Of a DNA stretch of 64,000 bases, positions 45,484 to 55,182 are shown one piece after another (position 1 is the first letter of the stretch; the number at the start of each line of letters is the position of its first letter). Where the stretch lies: the IMG/VR virus record IMGVR_UViG_3300006922_000005; one strand, given 5' to 3'. The notes under the pieces are model-generated. The model was given only the letters and a program-made list of their open reading frames with translations. It did not search any database and was not told the origin of the DNA. The DNA is from a virus. Lineage: Duplodnaviria; Caudoviricetes. The position numbers and the translations under genes were made by a program.

Positions 45484-48400
45484 TTATACGGGATAGTGGC
45501 CGTTAATTAAAATTTCCATACCACTATTGGAGATATCACTAAAAGATTGTGTACTGTCCGTTCCGTTAGCGTCTACTGTGACAATGGTAAAGAATGAATT
45601 ACTTTCTTCAATTTGAGCATGTACTGTAACACCTCCACTAAATCCAGACACGTTATACAGCATAATTGGAAATCCTGTTTGTCCGCCTTGATCAGTTAAG
45701 TCAGCACATGCAAAAGGAAGACTAATTCTTATATCACCTGATGGTAATGCCTGTCCATTTGACGTTTGTAGTTTACCACTAATGAAACAACGGTTTCCTA
45801 TTTTAGTGTAACTCATTTTTTGGAAGCCTGTGGTTGTTGTTAAACTTCCGCTTGATGATCCTGTAATTGTATAATCATGCAATCCTTCTGCATATGTATC
45901 AAGTTGTGCAGTTGCTACTTTACCTGTACCACCATCAATGATCATTGTAGAATCATCTGCAAACACGCTACCTCTTACGTCACCTTTAAGTGTTCCGTTA
46001 AGTGTACCATGTAATTGTCCTGTTAAGCCGTCAAGTACTAGAGTAGAGTTATCACTAAACACACTACCAGTAAAGTTACCAAGTATAGAATCACCTGCTT
46101 TATAGTAACCTGAATCATTTGTAAGAACACTTATGTTATCACTTGCTTGTAAGAAACTTGTTCCGTCAATAGTAACAGTCGGAGTAGTTTGGTCTTGTGC
46201 GGCAGTTACCGTAATACCGTTAGTACCTAAAAATTGGAAAGTACCTTGATTGGCCATATTAAAGCCTGTTGAATCATCTCCAACAATATTAAAGTTAATT
46301 GCTTGTTCGTTCGTTAAGTACCCTGCGTCATTAGTTAATCTACTAATATTAGAACCGTCTGTTAAGTAGTCAACTAGTGAACCACTTTGTGCAATACCTT
46401 TTGTATCAAATGTAATTCTATTATATGTTCCAGGTGCTATAGGGCTGTCTGCTAGAGTAACATTGATAGATGTTGTACCCGTACCTGTTACATCGCCAAA
46501 CAATGTAATTGTTTCATTGCCACCGTCGATAGTAATATTACCTTCTGCATCAGTTGTAGTTGTAATGTTACCTGTACCAGCAAACTTAATTGTTTCGTCT
46601 TTGACTACTGTTCTAACTGTACTATCATCACCTGTTACAAACAGTTGTGAAATATAGTTTGCGTCATTTACAAGTTCACTTACATTGTCACCTGTTTCTA
46701 AACCTGAGGTAATGTAACCTGGGTTGACAAAGTTTACAGTTATGTTTCCTTCAGCATCACTTGAGGTTGTTAAGTTTGTTCCTCCAAGTATCTTAATGTT
46801 TTCACTTTGTTTAACAACACGCATTGTAGAGTCATCTGCTCCAATGCTAAACAAGTTGTTTTCAATGTTTGCAAATCTATTTGTAACTGTTGTTGCGAAG
46901 TTTCCATCGTCATTAAGTGCCGCGGCTAATTCATTTAGAGTGTTTAATTGTTCAGGGGCACTGTCTAGTACTGCCGCTACCTTAACGTCTACTTGTGCTT
47001 GTGTATAAGCGTCTGTGATACCATAGCCTGTAAGTGTAGTTGGTGTTCCTGTAACACTACCCCAAGTAAAGTCTTGTGCTACACCTGTAATTGTAATATT
47101 GCCTTCAGCATCACTTGCTGTTGTAATTGCAGTTCCGCCTATAACTTTAACATCTTCACCTGAACTGATTGTACGCATTGTACTATCATCTGCACCTATA
47201 CGGAAATTATATGTTGATCCTACTTGATCGGCTGTTACGTAACCTGCATTGTTTGTAAATTCTGTTATGTTTGCACCACTAGAAACAAAGTTGCTATCGT
47301 TAGTAAATGAACTAACTGCTGTAGGTGCTCCGCTTAAAACACTGTAAGGTATTGATCCACTTACGCCGTCAACAAGTAATGTACTATCATCTGCAAATAC
47401 TGAACCTTTTAAATCTGTGTTAATTAAATTTTCTAAACTTATTGATAAAGCAAAAGCCGCCGCATCAACTTTAATTTGTCCTGTTGTTCCTAGTACTGTA
47501 AACGTATCGCCTACGCCAATACTACCTGAACCTGTGTTACCTGCTGTTGCTATTGCTTGTTGGTATGTAGTTAATGTTGGACCTGTAATTGTAATATTGC
47601 CTTCAGCATCACTTGCTGTTGTAATATTTGTACCACCAAGTATTTTAAAACCTTCACCTGCTTTAATGTCACGCATGGTTGAATCATCTGCACCTACATT
47701 CAATGTAAAATTATTTGGAATATCTGCAAGTGTAACATACCCTGCATTGTTTGTCCATTGAGTAATGTTACCTGATTTGTTTACTAGTGTGTCTGATGAA
47801 CTTGCAGTAATAAATCCTGTGTCGTTTGTAAGGTCTGAAACGTTAGCAGGTCCTGTAATAGTAAGTGCACCAGTACCTGTGTTAACACTTGTTGAAATAC
47901 TATTAGCACCTAAAACTTGTATTGTTGTATCTGTTGTAACTTGATAACTTGCAGAGGCATCGTCAGCAATATTCCATTTGTATGTTCCTGCTAGACTTGG
48001 TTTATTAGTTAAGTCTGCATAGTCACCTGATGTTGCTACTGTTGCGAATGCAGTGTTAACAGCACTTGTAACTAGTCCTTTAGCATTTACTGTTACAGTA
48101 TTAAATGTTCCAACGTTGGAGTTTACTGTGTCAAGAGTAAGTGTAACTGTACTTGCGTTTGCGGCAATGGCTCCACCAGTGTCACCACTCATGTCTCCGT
48201 CAAATGTAATGTTTGGTCTGCCTGTTAAATCTCCGTATCCACCACTAGTTGCTACTGCGGCAAATCCTGCTTCTGTAATTGTTTGATTAATCCAAGCACC
48301 TGTACTTGTATCATATTGTAATAATTCATTGTCAGCAATACTTGTTATATTAACATTTTGAAGTGTACCTAAATCGTCTCCACTTACATCAGTTATAAAA

Positions 48401-48771
48401 GCCGATGTTGCATTGTTGTATTGTGATAGGTCAGTGTTAGCACTAATTGTAATATCACCTTCAGCATTTGAAGCAGTACTAATTACTCCACCGTCACCTA
48501 GTATACCTAAGTTCTCACCACCTTGTACAATTCTAACTGTACTATCATCTGCACGTAATTCAACTCTACCAATAGCACTAGCAACAATATCTTCTGCACT
48601 TTGTAGACTTAATGTAACAGCATCTGAGTTTGAATCAACAGTAAAATTAACACCAGGGCCTCCAATTACCGTAAGTGTGTCATTGTCTGCGTCTGCAACT
48701 ACTTGTCCTACGCTAGACCCACCTTTTTGAAAGGCCATTATACGGAATGAATCGATTACTTTTACTGACAT
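45484..48771 (-). CDS. Long repetitive tail-fibre/structural protein
   Basis: About 9 (A/G)DDST and 5 T.SDAEG(N/D)IT repeats; LDSAPEQLNTLNELAAALNDD tail-fibre motif. Confidence 0.75.
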   Translation of the reverse strand: MSVKVIDSFRIMAFQKGGSSVGQVVADADNDTLTVIGGPGVNFTVDSNSDAVTLSLQSAEDIVASAIGRVELRADDSTVRIVQGGENLGILGDGGVISTASNAEGDITISANTDLSQYNNATSAFITDVSGDDLGTLQNVNITSIADNELLQYDTSTGAWINQTITEAGFAAVATSGGYGDLTGRPNITFDGDMSGDTGGAIAANASTVTLTLDTVNSNVGTFNTVTVNAKGLVTSAVNTAFATVATSGDYADLTNKPSLAGTYKWNIADDASASYQVTTDTTIQVLGANSISTSVNTGTGALTITGPANVSDLTNDTGFITASSSDTLVNKSGNITQWTNNAGYVTLADIPNNFTLNVGADDSTMRDIKAGEGFKILGGTNITTASDAEGNITITGPTLTTYQQAIATAGNTGSGSIGVGDTFTVLGTTGQIKVDAAAFALSISLENLINTDLKGSVFADDSTLLVDGVSGSIPYSVLSGAPTAVSSFTNDSNFVSSGANITEFTNNAGYVTADQVGSTYNFRIGADDSTMRTISSGEDVKVIGGTAITTASDAEGNITITGVAQDFTWGSVTGTPTTLTGYGITDAYTQAQVDVKVAAVLDSAPEQLNTLNELAAALNDDGNFATTVTNRFANIENNLFSIGADDSTMRVVKQSENIKILGGTNLTTSSDAEGNITVNFVNPGYITSGLETGDNVSELVNDANYISQLFVTGDDSTVRTVVKDETIKFAGTGNITTTTDAEGNITIDGGNETITLFGDVTGTGTTSINVTLADSPIAPGTYNRITFDTKGIAQSGSLVDYLTDGSNISRLTNDAGYLTNEQAINFNIVGDDSTGFNMANQGTFQFLGTNGITVTAAQDQTTPTVTIDGTSFLQASDNISVLTNDSGYYKAGDSILGNFTGSVFSDNSTLVLDGLTGQLHGTLNGTLKGDVRGSVFADDSTMIIDGGTGKVATAQLDTYAEGLHDYTITGSSSGSLTTTTGFQKMSYTKIGNRCFISGKLQTSNGQALPSGDIRISLPFACADLTDQGGQTGFPIMLYNVSGFSGGVTVHAQIEESNSFFTIVTVDANGTDSTQSFSDISNSGMEILINGHYPV

Positions 48772-48803
48772 ATTTTATGGTTCTCCTTACTGTATTTACC
48801 GTT

Positions 48804-48842
48804 GATAAAAGAATAGGAGCATTGTTACCAACACTCCTATCT
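48804..48842 (-). terminator. Intrinsic terminator
   Basis: ATAGGAG/CTCCTAT stem followed by TCTTTT. Confidence 0.6.
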
Positions 48843-48969
48843 TTTAAATATACTGGTTTTATATGTTATGTCGCCTACGGCGTGGATAGAGTCCGTTCTA
48901 TACTGTGTTCTTTTTGTTATAGTTAAAGGTGCTTTTGTATATACACTATTTATATTGCTCTCTATAGTA

Positions 48970-49239
48970 TGCAACTTTTCTGTTGCCAGGTAAGTTGCCA
49001 ACCCCTACGTGCCTAAACTAGGCCGCTAATGCCATTTCTGGCGCATAATTGTCATTTGCAATTATAAAGTTTCTTCGCGATAACCGTGCTTAGATCCGGA
49101 TAACTCCACTAACTCTATTAACTACCAGTCGATCCTATTTCGACCCCATCATAAGCACACTCGGTAAATGTGTTTATGGTGGAGTCGCCCGGTACCGCCC
49201 CGGGGTCCTGAATAGCGTTTGAATTGCTTCAACGTTACA
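48970..49239 (-). ncRNA. ssrA: Circularly permuted two-piece tmRNA
   Basis: T arm CCCGG-GGCGGTA-CCGGG and 3' strand CGACTCC-ACCA (ends 49177) precede the 5' strand GGGGTCG (49147); G3-U70 pair; tag ANDNYAPEMALAA at 49018-49059. Confidence 0.92.
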
Positions 49240-49245
49240 TATATA

Positions 49246-49274
49246 GTTATACTATCATTTTACCAAAAAGTCAA
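49246..49274 (-). promoter_or_regulatory. sigma70-type promoter of ssrA
   Basis: TTGACT-N17-TATAAC. Confidence 0.7.
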
Positions 49275-49358
49275 CCTTTTCTTCAGAATCTATTAGTTTG
49301 TTTCTATTACGTAATAACTAATGCTCAAGAAAATACTCAATATTAACAATGGAGAGTT

Positions 49359-49553
49359 ATGACAGATGATAGATCAGTTGACGCAACTTATGAAAACGAA
49401 GGTAGCGTTGTAACAATTCCTTTAAAGGAATACGACAAACTTCGTGAACGACAAAAATACATTACAGATAAAAGCCTAATATCAGTTATCGATAAAATCG
49501 AAGAACTAGTTAGAGCCTTACGAAAACATATTGTAAGAACGGAGATAGAATAA
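49359..49553 (+). CDS. Hypothetical protein
   Basis: GGAG SD; coiled-coil-like. Confidence 0.55.
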   Translation: MTDDRSVDATYENEGSVVTIPLKEYDKLRERQKYITDKSLISVIDKIEELVRALRKHIVRTEIE

Positions 49554-49801
49554 TGGCCAAAATGAGAACATATACTTTCTACGACGGAGACAATGTAGAA
49601 ACTAAAGAAGAAATGAGTTATAGGAAAGCAGTACGCTCTTTCCAAGGTAGCACAAAAAGTAAATCAGTTAGAGTAGAATGGACAGCCAAAAAAGGCGGAA
49701 CATACGAAATGATACAATCATTACCATTAGGTAGAAAAATAAGACAGGCGGCAATATTAGAAAAGAAAAGAGCGGCCTTAAAAGCAAAGTTAGGAAAGTA
49801 A
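49553..49801 (+). CDS. Basic hypothetical protein
   Basis: TAATG coupling; LPLGRKIRQA. Confidence 0.6.
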   Translation: MAKMRTYTFYDGDNVETKEEMSYRKAVRSFQGSTKSKSVRVEWTAKKGGTYEMIQSLPLGRKIRQAAILEKKRAALKAKLGK

Positions 49802-49802
49802 T

Positions 49803-49946
49803 ATGAAAATACATAAGTCATACGAAGGACATGTTTCACAACCTAAGAAAACAAGTCAAGCAGGTTCCAAAGCACGTTGCAAGTTTTCATCAATGAACAA
49901 ATCTAAAAAACGTAGTCACAAGTTTTATAGAGGACAAGGAAAATAA
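49803..49946 (+). CDS. 47-aa basic peptide not in the ORF track
   Basis: MKIHKSYEGHVSQPKKTSQAGSKARCKFSSMNKSKKRSHKFYRGQGK; stop overlaps the next ATG. Confidence 0.7.
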   Translation: MKIHKSYEGHVSQPKKTSQAGSKARCKFSSMNKSKKRSHKFYRGQGK

Positions 49947-50134
49947 TGGCTGGAATAAAAGCACGTGGAGTTATTACTAACCACTTAAAAAGATATCACA
50001 AAGAAAGAGAAATTATACCTTGCAAATATATTGCTGATGGCAAAGGTAAAGGTATAATGGTTGCTCAATATAAAGATACTAGAGATTTAGTAGTTGATGA
50101 TAAAGATGTTCCTATTGCTTGGGGTAGAGCCTAA
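49946..50134 (+). CDS. Hypothetical protein
   Basis: Coupled ORF. Confidence 0.55.
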   Translation: MAGIKARGVITNHLKRYHKEREIIPCKYIADGKGKGIMVAQYKDTRDLVVDDKDVPIAWGRA

Positions 50135-50421
50135 CCACCTGCAAAACAATTAGCACTACCAGCGGCAACTGATGTACACCCGGTGATGCTATCACCTATT
50201 CTTCCGCAACCTTTTCCATTAATAAAAACAGTAGTTGACCCAAGTGTTATCGGAGCCGCATGTGAAGGACATGGTACACCAGGTAATAAATGTCCTGTGT
50301 TAACATCATCTTTTCTTGATATTCCTATACCGTTTGCAAATACAGTACTACTTCCTACTGCTCTAGTCATTCCTGAACAGTGAGGTACATCTGCATCACC
50401 TATTCTAGTTATTGCTGGCAT
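50131..50421 (-). CDS. PAAR-like spike-tip protein (T4 gp5.4-like)
   Basis: RIGD...HC, GS.TVF.NG, GS.TVFING....RIGD. Confidence 0.88.
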   Translation of the reverse strand: MPAITRIGDADVPHCSGMTRAVGSSTVFANGIGISRKDDVNTGHLLPGVPCPSHAAPITLGSTTVFINGKGCGRIGDSITGCTSVAAGSANCFAGG

Positions 50422-50611
50422 TACGTTCAATCTCCATAAGTTGTTCTAACCTAGCAGGCCATTGTTCTATTTCAGCGTGTTGTTCTTCTGTATGTGGGGC
50501 TTCAGGTATGTGTGGTACAAACTTAATTACATGATCAAATTTGCTAGGAACATCTTCCCATTTATCCACAGTTACCTGTTTGCCTTCAACTATAAATGTA
50601 AACTCGTGCAT
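50405..50611 (-). CDS. Small hypothetical protein
   Basis: P.IPEAPHTEEQH motif; late promoter. Confidence 0.6.
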   Translation of the reverse strand: MHEFTFIVEGKQVTVDKWEDVPSKFDHVIKFVPHIPEAPHTEEQHAEIEQWPARLEQLMEIERNASNN

Positions 50612-50624
50612 ACGAGTATTTATT

Positions 50625-50936
50625 TTACTTTACTTTGAGATTTGGTGGTGCAGTTACTATGCTTGATGTTTGTTGTTGATATAGTTCTGCAAACTGCTTA
50701 ATAGTTTTAGTAATAACCATTATGCTTTCTTTTTTAAACAAGTATCCTTTGTCAGGCTCACCTGTAAATAAGAACTGTTGTAACCCTAACCCTTGTCCAT
50801 TCATTACAAGAGTAAGAGGAGTTTTAATCTTAAAACCCTTTTCATTTTCTTCTGTAAGTTTACCTACAATTTCTTCGCCGGAGTTAAGTTTAAAAGTAAC
50901 TGTATCTCCAACTTTATATGGTGCTTCTATTAACAT
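50625..50936 (-). CDS. Conserved small beta-fold phage protein
   Basis: FKLNSGEEIVG motif. Confidence 0.6.
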   Translation of the reverse strand: MLIEAPYKVGDTVTFKLNSGEEIVGKLTEENEKGFKIKTPLTLVMNGQGLGLQQFLFTGEPDKGYLFKKESIMVITKTIKQFAELYQQQTSSIVTAPPNLKVK

Positions 50937-51187
50937 TATATTGTGTGTCCTGTTCCGTTATAACCTGTTTCATCAATGTAGTTTACAAGTTGATCGTAAC
51001 CCCCAATAGTTTTTCCATTGATTTTGATTTGTGGTACAGTTCTTGCAGTTGGGAACCACTCCATTAATTCTTCTCTAGTGTAGTCAGTTCCTAGAGATTT
51101 ATATGTATGTTCAAGTTGTCTTGTCTTGCACAGATTTACTGCTTTAACACAATACGGGCAACTTGGCTTTCCGAATATTTCGATCAT
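50936..51187 (-). CDS. Glutaredoxin
   Basis: CPYC, TVPQI, IGGY. Confidence 0.95.
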   Translation of the reverse strand: MIEIFGKPSCPYCVKAVNLCKTRQLEHTYKSLGTDYTREELMEWFPTARTVPQIKINGKTIGGYDQLVNYIDETGYNGTGHTI

Positions 51188-52317
51188 AGTTTGAAGTCCT
51201 TAAATGTATCTTTGTTAATGTCTTGTTTAACACCGCCAACGATATAACTTTCAACTTCTGTTTCTTGTGGGGCAACTTGTAGTCCTGCACTTGACAACCA
51301 ATGTTGTGTCCACGGTAGCGGATTAGTGTTTAATGGACGATCATATAACATATCAAGTCCTAGTGCTTTCAATCTTTTGTTAGCAATAAACTCAACATAA
51401 GCATGAAGAAGATTAGCATTAAGTCCAATCATACTTCCGTCTTTGAATAAGTAGTCCGCCCAATTTTTTTCTTCTGCAACACATTCACGCCACAGGTCAT
51501 AAACTTCATCTTTAAGTTCTTCTGCGATTTTAGCCATGTCTGGATCATCGTCACCTTTGGCCCAATGTTTAAGAATGTGTGTACTTAGGTTAAGGTGTGT
51601 TGCTTCATCTCTTGCAATAAGACTAATAATCTTAGCACTACCTTCCATCATTTTTAATTCACCAAATGCAAACGTACATGCAAATGAAACATAAAAACGT
51701 AAACCTTCTAAAATGTTTACAGTCATCATTGCTTTGTATAATGCTTTCTTAACATCATACATAGTACCTTTGTTTTTATTAAAGTAATTGTTTGCAATGT
51801 CATTAAACTCGTCATAGTATTTTGTAACACTAATTGCACGTTCAATAATTTTTTCATCATCAAGAATAGTATCAAACACTTCACTAGGATTAGCATATAC
51901 ATTTTTTACAATGTGTGTATATGAACGTGAATGAATTGTTTCAAAAAAGTCCCAAGCAATAATACAACCTTCTAGTTCTGGATTTGAACAGTAAGGTAAA
52001 AAACTTAGACATGGTCCACGTCCTTGTACACTATCAAGTAGTGTTTGATATTTTAAATTACTTGTAAAGATATGCTTTTGTTCATCACGAAGTTGCTGAT
52101 AGTCACCTCTATCTTTTTGTAAACTAACTTCCTCTGGTCTCCAAAAATAACCAAGCATTGTTTGATTAAGTTTATCGTACTCAGGATATTTGAATACATC
52201 ATATCTCTGTGTGTTTTGATCTGCTCCAAAGAACATATGCTCTTTTGTAAAATCAATCTTCTCTCGGTTAAAAACTGTCTTTGTCATCGCTTTAGTATTA
52301 CCCTTCTTCCTCGTCAT
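51184..52317 (-). CDS. nrdB: Class Ia ribonucleotide reductase beta subunit
   Basis: FWRPEEV, DSVQGR, ETIHSRSY, EGLRFYVSF, RDEATH, VAPQETE..SY. Confidence 0.97.
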   Translation of the reverse strand: MTRKKGNTKAMTKTVFNREKIDFTKEHMFFGADQNTQRYDVFKYPEYDKLNQTMLGYFWRPEEVSLQKDRGDYQQLRDEQKHIFTSNLKYQTLLDSVQGRGPCLSFLPYCSNPELEGCIIAWDFFETIHSRSYTHIVKNVYANPSEVFDTILDDEKIIERAISVTKYYDEFNDIANNYFNKNKGTMYDVKKALYKAMMTVNILEGLRFYVSFACTFAFGELKMMEGSAKIISLIARDEATHLNLSTHILKHWAKGDDDPDMAKIAEELKDEVYDLWRECVAEEKNWADYLFKDGSMIGLNANLLHAYVEFIANKRLKALGLDMLYDRPLNTNPLPWTQHWLSSAGLQVAPQETEVESYIVGGVKQDINKDTFKDFKL

Positions 52318-52323
52318 AAATCC

Positions 52324-54705
52324 TTAAATCGCACACGCATCACACATTTCATCATCTTGATCAACTGTCTGCGTATTACCGTTTTGGCCATTTGTATGAC
52401 CGTTTGTACCATTAATTATAGCACCATTTGTTTTGTTGTCAACCGCTTGTTGTTCCAATTGGTCAGCATCATCTTCAGCACCTTTAAAGTCATAAGTGTT
52501 TTGATAGTAACTTGTTTTCCAACCCATCTTATATGTTGTTAACATGTCTTTCATCATAATACTCATAGGCACTTCGTTGTTCTCATACTGTAATGGATTA
52601 TATGACCAGTTACCACTAATGGCTTGGTCGAAAAACTTTTGCATTACAGCGACGATATTTATGTAACCTTCGTTACCTTTCATGTCCCATAGTAGGGTAT
52701 AAAAGTTCTTTAGTTGACTATACTGTGGTACAATCTGCTTAAGAGGCCCTTTTTTGCTCTTCTTAACGGACAAGTAACCTCTAGGTGGTTCAATTCCGTT
52801 GGTAGCGTTCGACACAACGGAACTGCTCTCCGAAGGCATCTGTGCGGACAATGTTGAGTGCCGTAACCCGTGTTGCTTGATGCTCTTGCGTAAAGTAGTC
52901 CAATCATGATTAAGTTTCTTTCCAACGATGTCGTTGACTTCTTCTTTGTACGTGTCGATAGGCATAATGCCGTCTGAATATTTAGTACGGTTGAAGTACT
53001 CACAAGCACCACGTTCTTCTGCTAACTTATTACTTGCTTTTAATAGATAATACTGGAAACTTTCAGTTAGGTCGTGTACAAGTTTCCATGCTTCTTTATC
53101 GGCATAGTTGACTTTGTGTTTTGCTAGGTAATGTGCTAGGCCGATATAACCAATACCTAATGAGCGTCGAGCCTTTGTGCTGATCTCAGCGGCTTTTACA
53201 GGATATCCTTGATACTCAATAATTTCCTCTAATGCTCGAACGGACAAATCACACAGTTCTTCAAGTTCTGAATTTTCTTTGTTTAATGTTAATGCACCTA
53301 CGTTAATTGCACTTAGAATACATAATGCAATTTCGCCTTCAGCATCATCAATATGTTGAATAGGTTTAGTAGGCAATGTAATTTCTTGACATAAGTTACT
53401 CATGTAAATAGGATCTTTAAATGAACTATGTGTATTACAGTGATCAACATTCATAATATAGATACGTCCTGTTTCTGCACGTTCTTTTAATACTGATGAA
53501 AATAATTCATGTGCATCTATTTTCTTTTTACGAATAGATGTTTTACGTTCATACATTTCATATAGTTCTTTAAACTTATCATTATCGCCTGAATAAAATG
53601 CTTCATATAATCCTGGCACATCATGTGGCGAGAAAAGAGTTATGTCTCCACCGGACAATAACCTTTCATACATTAATTTGTTAAGTTGAATAGAATAATC
53701 TAACTTACGTACTCTATTATCATCTGTACCTTTATTATTTTTTAGTACAAGGATGTCTTCAATTTCATAATGCCAAAGTGGGAAGTGTGTAGTTGCACTA
53801 CCACCACGTACACCATTTTGTGTACAACTTCTTACAGTTGCTTCATAAACTTTTAGAAACGGGACAACACCTGTGTGTGCTACTTCGCCGCCTCTTATTT
53901 TCGAATTAATCGCTCTGACACGACCTGCATTAATACCAATACCTGCTCTCTGAGCAATGTAATAACCGATAGCACTATTACTACTAAAAATACTAGGCAA
54001 AGTATCATCCACATCAACAAGAACACAACTAGCAAACTGGCGAATTGGAGTACGAACTCCAGCCATGACTGGGGTTGGTATGTTGACTTTAAAAAGTGAG
54101 GTCGCGTCATAATATTTTTTCACGTAACTTAAACGTGTCTCCTGTGGGTATTCAGCAAACAACGTTGCCGCGATCATCATGTACATAAATTGTGGAGTTT
54201 CATAAATTGCTCCACTGCTTCTATCTTGACAAAGGTATTTGTCTACTACTTGTCTTAGACCTGCATATGTAAATTCTTCATTACGATCGTGTTTAATAAA
54301 TGTGTTTAGTTTTTTAAGTTCTGTTTCAGTATACTTGTCACGTATGTTAGAGTCATAAACACCTCGATCAATGTTAGCATCTATAACTTGAGAAAGAGTC
54401 ATGTGTTCATAAGTTCCGTAAACTTGTTTGTGAAGTCCGTATAATAACAATCTTGCCGCGGCATATTGATAGTTAGGTGATTCGAGTGATATTAAATCAT
54501 TTGCACTTCGAATTAAAATGTTTTGGATTTCGTCAGTTGTCATTCCGTCGTAAAATTGTAAATCCGCATTCATTTCAATTTGTGATGCTGATACACCTGT
54601 AAGTCCTTCACAGGCTTCTTCTACAACAAAATGAATTTTATCTAAGTCTAACTTTACTTTACTACCGTCTCTTTTGGTTATAAAAACTTCTTTAGATGCG
54701 TTCAT
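52324..54705 (-). CDS. nrdA: Class Ia ribonucleotide reductase alpha subunit with ATP cone
   Basis: ITKRDG, PTPVMAG, SCVL, SNLCQEI, QMPSESSS, YYQNT, C-terminal CDAC. Confidence 0.98.
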   Translation of the reverse strand: MNASKEVFITKRDGSKVKLDLDKIHFVVEEACEGLTGVSASQIEMNADLQFYDGMTTDEIQNILIRSANDLISLESPNYQYAAARLLLYGLHKQVYGTYEHMTLSQVIDANIDRGVYDSNIRDKYTETELKKLNTFIKHDRNEEFTYAGLRQVVDKYLCQDRSSGAIYETPQFMYMMIAATLFAEYPQETRLSYVKKYYDATSLFKVNIPTPVMAGVRTPIRQFASCVLVDVDDTLPSIFSSNSAIGYYIAQRAGIGINAGRVRAINSKIRGGEVAHTGVVPFLKVYEATVRSCTQNGVRGGSATTHFPLWHYEIEDILVLKNNKGTDDNRVRKLDYSIQLNKLMYERLLSGGDITLFSPHDVPGLYEAFYSGDNDKFKELYEMYERKTSIRKKKIDAHELFSSVLKERAETGRIYIMNVDHCNTHSSFKDPIYMSNLCQEITLPTKPIQHIDDAEGEIALCILSAINVGALTLNKENSELEELCDLSVRALEEIIEYQGYPVKAAEISTKARRSLGIGYIGLAHYLAKHKVNYADKEAWKLVHDLTESFQYYLLKASNKLAEERGACEYFNRTKYSDGIMPIDTYKEEVNDIVGKKLNHDWTTLRKSIKQHGLRHSTLSAQMPSESSSVVSNATNGIEPPRGYLSVKKSKKGPLKQIVPQYSQLKNFYTLLWDMKGNEGYINIVAVMQKFFDQAISGNWSYNPLQYENNEVPMSIMMKDMLTTYKMGWKTSYYQNTYDFKGAEDDADQLEQQAVDNKTNGAIINGTNGHTNGQNGNTQTVDQDDEMCDACAI

Positions 54706-54765
54706 TATGTCCTCTTTTCTATACGTTCTTTTATCATGTGTGCAGTCCAGTATTTACTACAAAAA

Positions 54766-55182
54766 CTACAATTCAATTGTTTCTTGGCAAACCATACTGT
54801 CTGGCAATTCACTACTTATACAAACACTATTGTTTTCATAGTCAATAATATTGTCATAAACTTTAACTAGATTATAGTATCTTTTTGTCGTATGGTCTAT
54901 ATATATTTTTATCAAAACAGACGTTTTGGTAAACCTTGTAGTTAACTTCAGGGTATGTCCTATCATAAGGGGTATACCGACGGGACAATACCGGTTTTCT
55001 TTAATTAACTCCCAAGGCGTTGGCCACTGTTGAGAATTGTAAGGGTTAAGGTATTTGTCTGTAACCGGAGCAGTATTCCAGAACTCTAAAGATGCCCTGT
55101 AAGGGTCAATACACTCTTCGAGTGTATCTCTAAAAGTTCGCCATTGGGTTATTCGCTCGTCAGTATTTGTATCTAAGAACAT
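54766..55182 (-). CDS. Hypothetical protein
   Basis: W..FR...W..AP......PY....WPTPWELI motif. Confidence 0.6.
   Translation of the reverse strand: MFLDTNTDERITQWRTFRDTLEECIDPYRASLEFWNTAPVTDKYLNPYNSQQWPTPWELIKENRYCPVGIPLMIGHTLKLTTRFTKTSVLIKIYIDHTTKRYYNLVKVYDNIIDYENNSVCISSELPDSMVCQETIEL

Noticed and set aside
51184-54705. Intron, intein or homing endonuclease in nrdA/nrdB
   Set aside because: Both ORFs are continuous and of normal length
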